A DNA stretch of 64,000 bases from Okamejei kenojei (lineage: Eukaryota): the NCBI GenBank assembly GCA_035221665.1, contig CM069154.1, positions 5,642,001-5,706,000 on the forward strand. The letters are read 5' to 3'. This document shows, piece by piece, positions 1 through 12,779 of this stretch. A program made the position numbers and the translations under genes. Numbering within the stretch: the first letter of the stretch is position 1; every line of letters starts with the position of its first letter. A model generated the notes under the pieces. That model saw only the letters and a list, made by a program, of their open reading frames with translations. It did no database searches and was not told where the DNA came from.

Positions 1-993
1 TTAACCGTAGGTACCTTCAATGAGGTGCAATTTTCCGGTGTTTTATATAATTCTGCTGTTTCAGCCATCACAGAATCTTGAAGTTGGTGAGATAGCATAT
101 AATTAATACTGGCAGCTAGGTTTTCTTCCATAGCCTCACCACTTCCTTCAGGGAAAAGCAAAATCTCTTGCCATATCAGGCACATATGGCCTTTTCTTTT
201 TTATTTGTGGTGTGCACTCATAATCCACATCACCACTTTCAGGGTCTGACTTTTGCAGCCCTGATACTCCTGGAACTTCATCAAATGAGACTTCCTCCAC
301 CCTTAATCCTGGGTCTGGAGTTTCAAATTCCCAATTTGGCACATAGCCATATTCTGGATATTCAAACCCCTCAGGGTCAGTTTGGGAAAGTTCTGGGTAC
401 TTGGACCCTTGTCTCATAATATTTTGGAGTACTCTCTCCATATGTTCCATTTTAAGCCATATAGCTTTATTATCCGGAGGACTTTCATTATCAGAGTCAT
501 CATCAGAAACCACAGGCCTCACAGATTTCTTTTTACTTTTCCCAGGAACATTTTCCTCCGTGGTTTGTGTTTCTGGAGAAATTATAGTCTCACTAACAGG
601 TGAATCAACGGCCACCGGTATTGGAACCGGCTCCGCACTAATCTCTTGTCCCGACTCTTTAGCTTCTCCCCGGGACGATCTTTTAACCCGCGAAATCTTC
701 CTCTGAGACTTCTCCATTTTAAATTTTTTATTACCTAAGCTGGATGAGTACGCCAGCGTGACTCTGATTTTTTGAAATTTTTACTTTCATTTTTGCTGGT
801 TCTACTTGCCAGCGTAATGTCTTTTTTAGAACGTCCCCTAAAAATTTCATTGCACTTACCTGCGGGTCCGTTCTGACCGCTGAGAGGAGCTGCACTCTGC
901 AGCTCTTGCTTCTGCCGTCAGCGTTGACGTAATGCCGTTCCAGCGCCAGGCGGGGCTTCTTCACGTAGTCACTCACGTGACTCCGAAGTAAAA
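1..993 (-). mobile_element. DIRS1-type tyrosine-recombinase retrotransposon #1, left end plus frameshifted gag-like ORF1 (runs off window start)
   Basis: Minus strand starts TTTTACTTCGGAGTCACGTGAGTGACTACGTGAA, the same terminus as the elements at 23124 and 54396. ORF 148-717 continues after a frameshift as GEAMEENLAASINYMLSHQLQDSVM...YKTPENCTSLKVPTV, homologous to AEAIQYMLSHQLQELAM...YKAPVNCDLLKVPVV in ORF 52866-53249. Confidence 0.85.
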
Positions 994-1290
994 TATCGTG
1001 TGGGTCGCCTCCCTTATGCAGTGGAGTAACATTGGTACACTTCCATGCGGAAGGGAGGGTACAAGTTGAGAAGGACAAATTAAACAGGTCGCATAGTGGG
1101 TACATTAGAATATTAACTCCTAACTTAATGAATTTAGTCTCAATACCAGCTGGTCCAGATCCACAATCATCCTTTAATTCATTAATAGCATGTTGAACGT
1201 CAACAGGTTTTATTTTTTGAAAAGAAAAAGAGCTTCTACACGTAGAGGTAGCTGGAAAGTCACAAGTACTTTGTTGCAAACTGTAACCTG
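994..1290 (-). mobile_element. Non-LTR retrotransposon (L2/CR1-group) ORF2 fragment, RT-proximal
   Basis: Peptide FSFQKIKPVDVQHAINELK...PLCDLFNLSFSTCTLPSAWKCTNVTPLHKGGD is typical of the region just before LINE RT. It is cut by DIRS #1. Confidence 0.75.
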
Positions 1291-2028
1291 GCCATCCTAT
1301 TTTTGTGGCTAACCAGTGGTTTGCATCTTGCAGTGTATCCTCTGTATTTCTGTTCATGAAGTCTTCTGCGGACAGTGGTTATTGTCAAATCCCCACCTGA
1401 CTCCTAGAGTGTTTCTTATCTGACAGGGTGTTTGGGTTTTTTTTCTTTATTATAGAGAGAAGTCTTCTGTTATCAGCTTTGGAGGTCTTCCTTGGCTTGC
1501 CAGTCCCTTTGCGATTAGTAAGCTCACCAGTGCTCTCTTTCTTCTCAATGATGTTCCAAACAGTTGATTTTGGAAAGCCTAATGTTTGGCTGATGTTTCC
1601 AACATTTTTATTCTTGTTTCTCAGTCTCATAATGGCTTCTTTGACTCATTGGCACAACTTTGGTCCTCATGTTGATAAACAGCAATGAAAGTTTCCAAAG
1701 GTGATGGAAAGACTGGAGGGAAGATTAGGTGCTGAGAGCTTTTTATATCTGCATTAAAGAGGCAATTAAACACACCTGAGCAATTACAAACACCTGTGAA
1801 GCCTTGTGTCCCAAAATGTATGGTGCCCTGAAATGGGGGGACTATGTAAAAACACAGATGTAATTTCTTCATGGTGTAACCAAAATGTATAAAAATACCC
1901 TTTAATAAAATCTGACAATGTGCACTTTAACCACATGTGATTTTTTCTATTACCAATCTCAAATTGTGGAATACAGAGGCAAATAAATAAATTATGGGTC
2001 TTTGTCCCAAACATTATGGAGGGCACTG
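1291..2028 (-). mobile_element. Tc1-like DNA transposon (IR/DR type), left ITR and transposase N-terminus
   Basis: ITR CAGTGCCCTCCATAATGTTTGGGACA with flanking TA at 2029-2030. Peptide MRLRNKNKNV..ISQTLG.PKSTVWNII..TGELTNRKGTGKPRKT is an HTH region. Same flank (agtgtggacaTA) as the element at 41237. Confidence 0.9.
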
Positions 2029-2879
2029 TATGTCCACACTTTATCTCTAAATTCTAAAGTGAATTCCCATCATTTCCAATTTAATTTAATGTGAACACCA
2101 GAGTGAAGAGATTGCAAACTTTTACCTTTTAAAAGTTGTCACACAGCTGATTGAAGCCAGGAAGAGAAGCAGAACTCCAAAGAGTACCCAGCGTAACACA
2201 CCCCAAACACGGCGAACATTCAACACGATGTCCCTGGAAATACAAGGAAATATTATTACTTCCACACAGAGTTATCAAAGATCAACGTTGGGAATTTTTT
2301 CATCATATTGCACACGGAATCATTCAGTGTGATCCAAGGTTGTGGTGTAGACATTGGTGAGATGTTTATATCGCAACATGCACCCATTCCTTGGAGGTGT
2401 TCCATGACTACATACATTAACAACTTAGATGTTCATGTTGGTGGTCAGACATACAGCACGAAAACATGTCCTTTGACCCAATTTCCCCACGCTGACCAAG
2501 ATGCCCTTACCTACACTAGTCCCATCTGCCGGCCTTAGATGTTAATGTTGGAAGTATGATTAACGAGTTTACAGATTACACCAAAATTGTATCATTTTGG
2601 ATAGTACAATAATCATAGACCACAGAGGGATGAGAAGCAACTGGTATGTTGGGCAGAGCAATGCCAGCAGGTATTGAACCGTGATAAGTGTGAAGTTATT
2701 TGTTTTTGGCATCAAATAAGGGTAGACATTCACAATGGTAGGGAAACTGGATGTACTAAGGACAGAGGGACTTTAGTCAGGGCCAAGGAGTATTTATCAA
2801 TGGACTGGAATGTGATCAGCCACGCTTTCTCAAAGTACTGGGACTGATTTTACCGACAATAAGATACGATCCTACCGGA

Positions 2880-3060
2880 CCACCGGTGCTGTCAGTACAT
2901 AGTTTGTATGTTCTCCCTGTGATTGCAAGAGTTTACTCTGGATTCTCCAATTTCCTCCCACATTCCAAAGACGTGCGGGTTTGTAGTAAATTGCCCCTAG
3001 TGTGTAGAACAGAACTGGTGTATGGGGTGATTGCTGCTCAGAGCGGACTCGGTGGGCCAA
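2880..3060 (+). mobile_element. tRNA-derived SINE fragment (HE1-like); paralogous fragments at ~21975-22230 and ~39225-39450 (minus)
   Basis: Body motif gtttgtatgttctccctgtga...tttcctcccacattccaaagacgtgcgggtttg is shared with many dispersed copies in the window. Confidence 0.7.
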
Positions 3061-4011
3061 AGTATCTTTTAACTGAGTTGAACTGATCTTAACTAATTTG
3101 TTCTCAGTTGAGGCTGTGTTGGCTCTTCAAGTTACCAACCTGTTTGAAAGTATTGAACCAGGAGACTCAGTGGAACTTGCTGCCTCGGTGGTTGGTGCAT
3201 CTTGAGGCAGGGTGGTCAGAGCCCTTGTGCTTATTGTTGTAGAGGTGGTGATGACCATATCTGGGCAGTTTGTTTGAGACCCTTGTGCAGATAAAGTGAA
3301 TGAAGTTTTTGAACATTAAATGTCTGAAAGCACGTTCTGTTCCACTTTAGTGATGTGGGGGAGATGCTTCAGTTGGGAGTGCTCTTGGTCTGTGTGGAGA
3401 GATTCCTGGGTTCAAATCCCAAACCAGTGTGGCCCCATGCAGCGGATTCCCCCTACCCCCTTCTCACCTCCCACCAAACATCCCCCCTCCCTCCCCCATG
3501 AACCCCCGGGGATGTGGCACCGAGTCACCGTCAGGACTGAGGCCGAGAATTCCCAAGCTGGAATTTCACATGTGTGGGAGATTCGCGGTTTGAATCCCAC
3601 TCCATACATTTGGACAAAGATCCTTCTGAGGCTACCATAGATGGACCAAGCATCTTGGTCTAGACAGGAGGCTCACCCATTAAGATGCCACATGACGGCC
3701 GCAAGCATTCAGAGACTTCTTTCATGCCCTTCAGAGTCCCACAGGCTGTGTTATCTGCCTGCTGCTAGAGTTAGGCACATGTCTTCTACGTTGGAGAAGA
3801 ACTTGGGAGCGGGAGGATCCATGGACTATTTTAATTACGTGGACTGAATTGGAAATAATGCAATTTGGTTGGAGGTATCTACCTGAAACATTAACTCTCA
3901 TTCTCTCTCCACAGATGCTGCCCGACCTGTTGAGTATCTCATCTTGTACAGTTTGTGCGGCTCAGTTTAAAGTCCATATCAGTCATCTCATAAGGATTCT
4001 TCGTTCATAAT

Positions 4012-7000
4012 TTCTAGGAACATAGAAAATAGTTGCAGGAAGAGGCCATTCGGCCCTTCGAGCCAGCACCGCCATTCACTGTGATCTGGGGTGAACATCC
4101 ACAATCAATAACCCATGCCTGCCTTCTCCCCATATCCTTTGATTCCACTAGCCCCTAGAGCTCTATCTAACTCTCTCTTAAATCCATCCAGTGATTTGGC
4201 CTCCACTGCCCTCTGTGGCAGGGAATTCCACAAATTCACAACTCTCTGGGTGAAAATGTTTTTTCTCACCACAGTCTTTTTTTTGTTTTTTTGTTTTGTT
4301 TATTTTATTAGAAGTTAATACAGTAAAAAACAATACAGTGGCACCTAATGTTAGGTGACAACTATGTCATAACGTAATACATTCTATGTACAGCCTCTAG
4401 TTTTATGTTTTTGAAAAGGAAATTAAAAAAAGACAAGAAATAGAGAGAAGAAAAAGAGGAAAAATAGATAGTAGAAAATAGAAAAACCTGAAGTGTGCAT
4501 ATAAGAAAAGAAAACGTAGAAAGTAGAAATGGGAGAAAAAGACCCTTAAAAAGAAAATGTTCAAATCTTTGTTCGGAGATGTAATTCTACCCACGACCTG
4601 AGCTGAAATCAGTAATCTTAACGGTACTGCTGCATCACATGATTCCAAAAAGTCGATGAAAGGGGACCAACTCCTTAAGAATTGGTCATATTTATCTATT
4701 AGGCGGAGTCTCATTTCTTCAAGGTGAGCTATGTCCGTCATATTACTAATCCACATTTTAATAGTTGGTATAGCTGTATTTTTCCAAAATTTAAGTATCA
4801 ATTTCCTTCCAATTATTAACCCATAATTAAAGAATACTTTTTGGTCTTTGTTTAACTTGATATCTTCTACTATTATTCCAAATATAATCCATTCCGTATT
4901 TGGTTCTATTCTTGACTTGAAGAGCTTTGTAAAGATATCAAATATATCGCTCCAAAAGTTATTCAACTTTATACATCCTACAAATGAATGTGATATTTTG
5001 GCATTTTGAAACAAACATTTATCGCATCTAGGAGAAACATTTGAGTTGAATTTATTTAACCTCGTTTTTGAATAATATAGTCTATGTAATAGTTTAAATT
5101 GAATTAGATTATGTCTTGCATTAATGGAACAATTATATGTGTTCATCAGATACTTTTCCCATTTATCTCTCGGAATCTTTATCATTAGTTCATGTGCCCA
5201 ATCTTCTCTTAGTGCCTCTGTTGAGGGTAATTCTCTATTTAATATACTATTATAAAAATAGTTTTTGTGAATTTTATCGGTGAGAACAAGATCGTTCCTA
5301 TATCGTACGGGAAACACTCCTCTTTCTCCATTCTTATCCACTCCGACTGGTGAGTGGAGTTATCCAACCAGTACATTATGTTCTTTATATGCACTGCCCA
5401 GTAGTAATATGTAAAGTTAGGTAATGATAACCCCCCAACTTCTTTAGGTTTACACAGATGCTTTTGTTGAATTCTGTGTGCTCTATAATCCCATATAAAA
5501 TTAGTGATATTAGAATCTAGTTTTTTGAAAAAATATTTTGGAATATATATTGGGATCGCTTGAAACAAATATATTAATTGTGGTAAGAAAGTAATTTTTA
5601 TAGTGTTAATTCTACCTATCAATGAGAGCGGTAGCGTTTTCCAAAATTTAATCATAACATTCAGTTTATTTAATAGTGGCATAAAATTAGCACTAAATAA
5701 TGATTTGTGTCTTCTCGTAATTTGAATACCCAAATACTTGAATTTTTCTGTTGCAATTTTGAAAGGAAATTTTAATAAGTGTCTCACATCCTGTGGTTTC
5801 AAAGACATAATTTCGCTTTTATTCCAATTTATTCTATATCCTGAATAAGAATCAAATTCCTCGATCAGTGTTAATAAGGTGGGGATACTCATTTGTGTAT
5901 TAGTAATATATAAAATAATATCGTCAGCATATAATTAAATTTTATTCTTTGAGTCCTTAGTATTATATCCGTGAATATTTGGATGATTTCTAATCCTTTC
6001 AGCCAGCGGTTCTATCATAAGGGCAAATAGCAATGGTGATAAGGCACATCCCTGCCTATTACCCCTTGATAAATACAATTTTGGAGATAACATATTATTA
6101 GTTAATATTCTTGCCGTAGGTTTATCATAAAGTAATTTAACCCATCTAATAAAATTCTCTCCCGTGTTCAATTTTTGGAGTACCTTATATAAATACTGTC
6201 ATGCTACCTGATCAAATGCCTTCTCTGCATCCAATGTAATGACTGAAATATCTTCAATGTGCTCTTTGTGAGAGTACATTATATTGAAAAGCCTTCTCGA
6301 GTTATTAAGTGATTGTCTTTTAGGTATAAATCCTGTTTGATCCGGGTTTACCAATTTGTTAATATAATTATTCAGTCTTCTTGCTAGAATCTTTGCTAAA
6401 ATTTTCTGATCCGTGTTTAGAAGTGATATAGCTCTGTAAGAACCTGGTTCCTCTAAGTCTTTATCTTTTTTTGGTATAAGCGTTATTGTTGATTCAGCTA
6501 AAGTTTCTGGTAGTTTATTTTCGGTATAAGCCTGCGCGTATAAGTTGAATAATCTTGGTACAATTGACTCCTGAAATTGTTTATAAAATTCATTGCTAAA
6601 ACCATCTGGTCCTGGGGTCTTCCCATTTTTCAATGAGTTTATTGTTTGTTTTATTTCTTCACTAGTAATCCGTGCTCCTAATTCCTCTGGTTCTAAACTA
6701 TCCAATTTAGGGAGATTGCAATTATCTAAAAAATGTGTAATTTTACTATAATTTATGCTTATCCTCAAATTCGAAGTGTGCGTGTTTTGTAATTTGCAAT
6801 AATCTTATTACTCTTGCCGATAATATTCTATTGAGTTTATATTTCAATAAAGTTATCTTAATATGTTTATCTATGGTTGGGTCATTTGCATTGTCCAGAT
6901 CTAATAATTTTATTTCCTGTTCAATCCTCTGAAGTTCTCTTTTATTTTCTTTATTTTGAAAACTTTGATAAGAGATTATAGCACCGCAGATGTAAGCCTT

Positions 7001-8040
7001 AAAGGTTTCCCATAAGTGATACAGAAATACCCGGTGTCTCATTTATCTCTAATTTTTTTTTGGTTTGTTTTTTTAATATACTCATAACCCTGCGGGTTAT
7101 TTAATATTTGTGCGTTGAATCTCCAAAAAGGTATTATATACGGTATTCCCTCGATTTTAAGTATAAAAGTCAGTGGTGAATGATCGGAAATAATACTATT
7201 ATGGTATGATGGTTTCGACGTATACAGGATTAATTTGGTATCCAATAAGAAATAGTCAATTCGTGAGTAAGTTTTATGAACCGATGAGTAAAACGAATAT
7301 TCCCTTCCAATTGGGTTTGCTATTCTCCAGACATCAGTTATGTTATTATTTTTTATATGTATTTAAGAATTCACAGGTCTTAGTTTTAACAAGACGCTTC
7401 CCTACCTTTATTGATTTATCTAAATATGGGTCGATAACACAATTGAAATCTCCCCCCATTATTATATTTTGATAATTATGCTCTGCAATTATATCTACTT
7501 AAAAAATTGGTGGTTATCAAAATTAGGTGTGTAAATATTTATCATAGTTAATGACGTATTATAAATTGCTCCTGTAACTATAACGTATCTTCCCTCTTTA
7601 TCAGATATAGACTTCTTTAATTTAAAAGGTATACCTTTCCGAATTATAATGGCCGTACTTGCTTCAGTCTTAAATGGCCTCCCCTTTATTTTAAGACTGT
7701 GTCCCATGGTTCTGGAGTCGCCCAACATTGGGAACATTTTTCCTTCATCGAGCTTGTCCAGTCCTTTTATAATTTTATATGTTTCTATAAGATCCCCACT
7801 CATCGTCCTAAACTCCAGTTCAGAGCCTAGTCTTTTCAATCTTTCCTCATATGACAGTCCCGCCATCCCAGGGATCAATCTCGTGAACCTACGTTCACTG
7901 CCTCAATCACAAGGATGTCCTTCCTCAAATTAGGAGAACTAAACTGGACACAACACTCCAGATGTGGTCTTACCAGACCCCTATACAACTGCAGAAGAAC
8001 CTCTCCACTCCTGTACTGAAATCCTCTTGTAATGAAGTTC
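4012..8040 (-). mobile_element. CR1/HER1-type LINE 3' fragment split by L1 #1 (pieces 4012-4278 and 7665-8040)
   Basis: Peptides LQLYRGLVRPHLECCVQF and IPGMAGLSYEERLKRLG..GDLIETYKIIKGLDK match the CR1 ORF2 C-terminus. 3' UTR and ttctatg-type tail lie at 4012-4100. Confidence 0.85.
4279..7664 (-). mobile_element. L1-clade LINE #1, 5'-truncated, frameshifted ORF2 (EN end, RT, C-terminal zinc finger)
   Basis: Motifs GKTPGPDGFSNEFYK, DQTGFIPKR, LDAEKAFD, QGCALSPLLF and CDKC..HSFVGC. T-rich tail at 4277-4310. TSD cagtctt at 4272-4278 and 7665-7671. Confidence 0.92.
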
Positions 8041-10038
8041 ATGTGATAGGGGAGAATGAGGCCATTTGACCCATTTTTGTCTACTCCACCATTCAATCAT
8101 GGCTGATCTATCTCTCCCTCTCAACCCCATTCTCTTCCCTGCTCCCCATATCGCTTGACACCCATACTAATCGAGAACCTGTGAATCTTAAAAATACCCA
8201 GTGACTTGGCCCTCATTGGAAACACGGTAAAAGCTTTTCCCTGTACGTCAGTACAGACGACAACAATAAACTGAGCTCATGAATCACCAAAGTTTGTGAG
8301 ACACAAGGAATTGCAGGTGCTGGAATCTTGAGCAAAACACAAAGTGCTGGAGTAACTCAGCAGGTCAGGCAGCATCTGTGGAAGGAATGAATAGACGATG
8401 TATAGGGTTGGGATCCTTCTTCAGATGTTGTGTGTGTGGTGGGTGTGACGGTGACAGGCAGGGGGAGAGCATGAGGGGGCGTTCTCCCCCCCAGTCCCAG
8501 TGAGGGGGCACCAGAGGTTCTGGTCCAGGAAAGATCGTCTTTGGGGAAATGAGCCGCCAGCAGCAGGACCGCCGATATCCATTGATGACCCCCCCCCCCA
8601 CACTGCTCCTGGGACAGTGGGCCCTTTGTGTGGCCCCCCTACCTCTCCCTCACCTCCCCCCAAACTTCTCTCCCCCCCACGGACCCCCGGGGATGTGGCA
8701 CCGAGTCACCGTCAGGACCGAGGCCGGGAATTCCCAGGCTGGAATGTTCACATCTGGGAGAGTGAGGAGAGATCGTCAACGTACCTTCAGAAACCTTCAA
8801 TGAGATGGATGTCCTTTCATCGAAGTTCTATCGGACGTGTATCTCACACCAGTAGTGTCCTTCATCACTCTTCTCCAGGTTGTCGATGGTTACTGAAACT
8901 ATCCGTTGTGTTTTGTTATCAGTCATCGATGTTCTCCCTTGTCGTGGGTCATCAGTAGAAACCACGGTAGAAGATAACCGGTAATAATAACCTTTACTCC
9001 ATAGCTTCCTGTTGTCACTGTATTCCTGATCATACGGAAATTCCACAGTGACCGACTGCCCCAACTCTCCCCTCACCTCCTCCGGTCCAGTTATTCCCCT
9101 TGGCCCTGTGGGCACATGAATGATGAAAGATCACTCACACTGCAGCAACACAAGCTGAGGTTTAACAATAAAAAACATGTCATTTGTACTGTTCAGACAG
9201 GTTCATGGTTTCGCATAGATCATGTGTAGCAAGGAACTGCAGGTGCTGGTTTACACCAAAGATAAACACAAAGTGCTGGAGTAACTAAGCGGGCCAGGCA
9301 GCATCTCTGGAGAAATCGACAGGTGATGTTCCCTCATCCATTCCTTCTCTCCAGAGATGCTGCCCGTCCCGCTGAGTTACTCCAGCATTTTGTGTCTCTC
9401 TTCTTTTGCATAGACCCTGTTGTACTTTAATGCTTTTCCCACTGGTGTTAATTTCCATTTCACCGGGATTGTTCCCCAAGTTCCAGTGAAAGCAGAACTG
9501 CTCCTGAATCTACCTGGCGCCCAGATCCTCCTTCCCTGTGGGCGTGGCTTGACCTGAGTGGTGATCATGTGACAGGAAGCCAACGTGTCTCTCACTCTGA
9601 CCCACCCTGTGTTCAATCTCACTACAACCCACTTCCCCATTGAACTAGTAGAAACAAGGAACCGCAGATGCTGGTTAATGCACAAAAGGACACAAAGTGC
9701 TGGAGTAACTCAGGAGAACTCAGAGGCTGGGGAAAGGACGGTGTGGAGAACAGCTCGAGTAGCAGAGTCTGTTGTAAGGCAGCTGTTTTTTCTAAGAAGG
9801 GAGAGATTACCACAACTTCTCCAAATGCTAAATTGGACAGTCACTCTGGTGCTTCCTCATTTGAGACACCCGCCTGTTCCCAATGGCTGGCTTTTACAGG
9901 CTTTTTCTTTGAATGTGCTAAGGTTTAGGTTCAACATTTCACATTGCATTGCATGGAGGGAGTGCCGTGTGTCTTTGATAGACACTAAATGCTGGAGTAA
10001 CGCAGCGCGTCAGGCGGCATCTCTGGAGAGAAGCAATG

Positions 10039-10072
10039 GGTGACGTTTCGTGTCGAGACCCTTCTTCAGACC
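10039..10072 (-). ncRNA. Minimal type I hammerhead ribozyme motif in a Penelope-like terminal repeat fragment
   Basis: GGT-CTGAAGA-AGGGTCTCGACAC-GAAAC-GTC-ACC: CUGANGA and GAAA core, GUC cleavage triplet, helix I GGT/ACC. Helix II has one mismatch. Confidence 0.55.
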
Positions 10073-10419
10073 AAGAGTCAGGGAGGGAGGAAGTCAAGAG
10101 ATGTGCAAGGGGTAAAGCATTTAGCTGATCTGCTGTCAAGTCACTGAGAAAGTTCACCTGGAGATAGTTTGCACCAGAATAGTGGAGCAAACTCTCTGTT
10201 CTGGGGGCAAGAGTTACCCCTACACCCATGATCAACAAGGCCAGCTGTCGGGTCATTTTCTACAGGGAGTTAGCTGTGGCTGCGCACAGCATCACAACAG
10301 TCATTAGTGCAGGAAAGAACAAGTCTGCAAGCACTTTATCTTTAGCAGCTCATAGCCCAGTAGTCTGCTCTGTGGCTCAAAATAATTCAAGGTGCTAGTA
10401 AATAATTCTGAAGAACAGA

Positions 10420-10810
10420 TCATAAGTTCATTAGTACTAGGAGCAGAATTAGGCCATTTGGCCCATCAAGTCTACTCTCCTCCATTCAATCATGGCTGAT
10501 CTACCTTTCCCTCTCAACTCAATCCTGTTGCCTTCTCCCCAGGACTCCTGACACCAGTACTGATCAAGAATCTATCTATCTCTGCCTTAGAAATATCTAT
10601 TGACGGCCTTCACAGCCTTCTGTGGCAATGAATTCCGCAGTTTCACCACCTTCTTACTAAAGAAATTCCTCCTCATCTCCTTCCTAAAGCAATGTCCTTT
10701 AATTCCGAGACTGCGACCTCCGGTCCTAGACTCTCCCACTAGTGGAAACATTCTCACCCCATCCACTCTATCCAGGCCTTTCACTATTCAGTAAGTTTCA
10801 ATGAGGTCCA
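10420..10810 (-). mobile_element. CR1/HER1 3' fragment belonging to the duplicated unit (paralogs ~16745-17130, ~34800-35180, ~56930-57310 on +)
   Basis: Peptide KGLDRVDGVRMFPLVGESRTGGRSLGIKG..RKEMRRNFFS plus the typical 3' UTR. Confidence 0.8.
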
Positions 10811-12779
10811 CAAGGCAAGGCAAGCTGTAGGTAGTTATCTCCCTTCTCCACAGGGAGCTAGCTGTGTGCAATTTGGCTGAACACAACACGACAACAACCG
10901 CTGATGGAAATCTCTACAGGAACTAACGAGTGTTGAGCAATTTATCATCAGCCCTCCACCCAGTACAGAGATGTCTGTGGTTGCAAATAATTCAAGGCGT
11001 TGGTTAATAATTCTAAAGAACAGAGCATTTGTTAAACAACGATTTACCTGGTGTGAGACCAACAGCGACAAGAACCAAGAGAGCGACTGTTCCCCTGGAT
11101 CTGGGCCATTTCTGGTGGGTGAATTCTTCCTGTCCCACCGCCATGTCTCGGCTGCGTTGGATCGGTTTGGTCCTTGCACTGCGTTTGAGTTGTCCTCTTC
11201 CTCATTCACAACAGAAGTCAAACAGTCAATTTCCATTTACGCAGGAAACGACTTTGCAGTGGTTCGAGACTAAGTTGGTGACTCACTTGCCACCTCCCCC
11301 AGCCTCCTCACCACGGACAATGCATCTATCAGGAGTGGGCTGCAACAGTCTCCAGTTGCCTGGATTGGAGCATCTCCTCGTCCTGGTGACGTTTGCCCGC
11401 TTGACTGGCGCTCTGTCCACCACCGCAAACATTCCCGTGCCCCCCCTCTCAACCCCCTCCCCCAAATGCGGGCACACTGTGTCTGAACTTGTATGGGATT
11501 AAGAGGCAGAGATCAGCCATGTTTGAATGGCGGAGTAGACTCGATGGGCTGAATGGCCAAATTCTACTCCTGGAACATGTGAATTCGTGAACTGTTTACC
11601 CATCTCAAAATGTGCGTTGCTAATTTGCCCAGCGTTCCTCAGCTTCTCATGTGTTGAAACGTTACCCAGGAGAAATAAGACAACGCCAAACGTGCTCAGG
11701 TAAGTCTACGCACGTCACCAGATAAACACCAGATAGATTCTTAATTAGTAATTAGTACATGTGTCAGAGGTTATGGAGAGAAGGCAGGAGAATGGGGTTG
11801 GGAGGGAGAGATAGATTAGCAATGATTGAAAGGTGAAGTAGACTTGATGGGCCGAATGGCCTAATTCTACTCTCATCACTTATGACTCTATGACAAAAAT
11901 TCAGCCATCTTTTATTACATTAGATTATTTTAATCATTATTCAATGTGCAGGGTTTTACACTGGAATTCAATTGATAGTAAAGTTAAAAGTTCATATTCT
12001 GGAGAGCCAGCTTTGTTCTAGTCTACGTACTGCTGTCTTTTGGGTGAATGTCAGGATGTACAGACGTGTCTGCAAACATAGGTGCAGAATTTGGCCATTT
12101 GCTCCATCGAGTCTACTTCGCCATTCAATCATGGATGATCTATCTTTCCCCCTCCATCCCATTCTCCTGCCTTCTCCCCTCAACCTTTGACACCCTGAGT
12201 AAATCTGTCAATCTCCACTTTGAAAATATCCATTGAGTTGGCCTCCACAGCCATCTGTGGCAATGAATTCCACAGATTCATCATCCTCTGCCTAAAGAAA
12301 TTCCTCCTCAAGCGGTCATGTTAGATTGGACATAGGTAGGGTGTGGTGATGCTGTAGGATCAAGGTGATGAGATTTGTACATCTCCAACTGGTGAACACC
12401 CTCTCTGGCCCAGAAAAGCTAAACGATGATTATTGGGCGTCATTCCATCAGAATAATAATATTGAGATAACTATTACCCTCAATTTTTATCTTATTCTTC
12501 TAACGCGTGTCCACAGTTCAATACTCGTAATCATTTAACCGTTTTTATATCCATATTGCTCAATGGTTCAATGATACTTAATTGTCTCATGCACTTGGGT
12601 ACAAAGGCATTTCTTTTGCATAGAATTCAGTAAAAATCTTACTTTATATAAGCACAGCTGAAGCAAGGGACAAGATTGTATTAATAGCAGATTATATGAT
12701 ACAGTACACAAGAGTTTCCACATTTCTAACGGTATTTTATATTCTTAAACATCAAATTGGTTAAAAAGTTGAGTCTTAT

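Larger units (their letters stand above)
2126..9105 (-). pseudogene. CD300/pIgR-like (MDIR-like) receptor copy 1, pseudogene. Exons: V 9105-8785, stalk 3281-3140, TM 2233-2126
   Basis: All three exons have AG/GT borders. The V exon has B-strand Cys>Phe (VTVEFPY) and an in-frame TAG after YWCEIHVR (TGG in copy 2). Stalk SQTNCPDMVITTSTTISTRALTT... and TM DIVLNVRRVWGVLRWVLFGVLLLFLASISCVTTFK are open. Confidence 0.85.

Noticed and set aside
731-1357. 208-aa ORF as a gene
   Set aside because: Chance fusion of Tc1, a LINE RT fragment and the DIRS leader.
7495-7878. CR1-L1 chimeric protein
   Set aside because: The junction coincides with the L1 TSD, so it is an insertion artefact.
10835-11502. Recurrent ORFs in the shared upstream module (also ~15.7k, 34.4k, 56.5k, 63.8k)
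   Set aside because: Recurrence reflects recent segmental duplication. Frames and stops differ between copies and no domain is recognisable.
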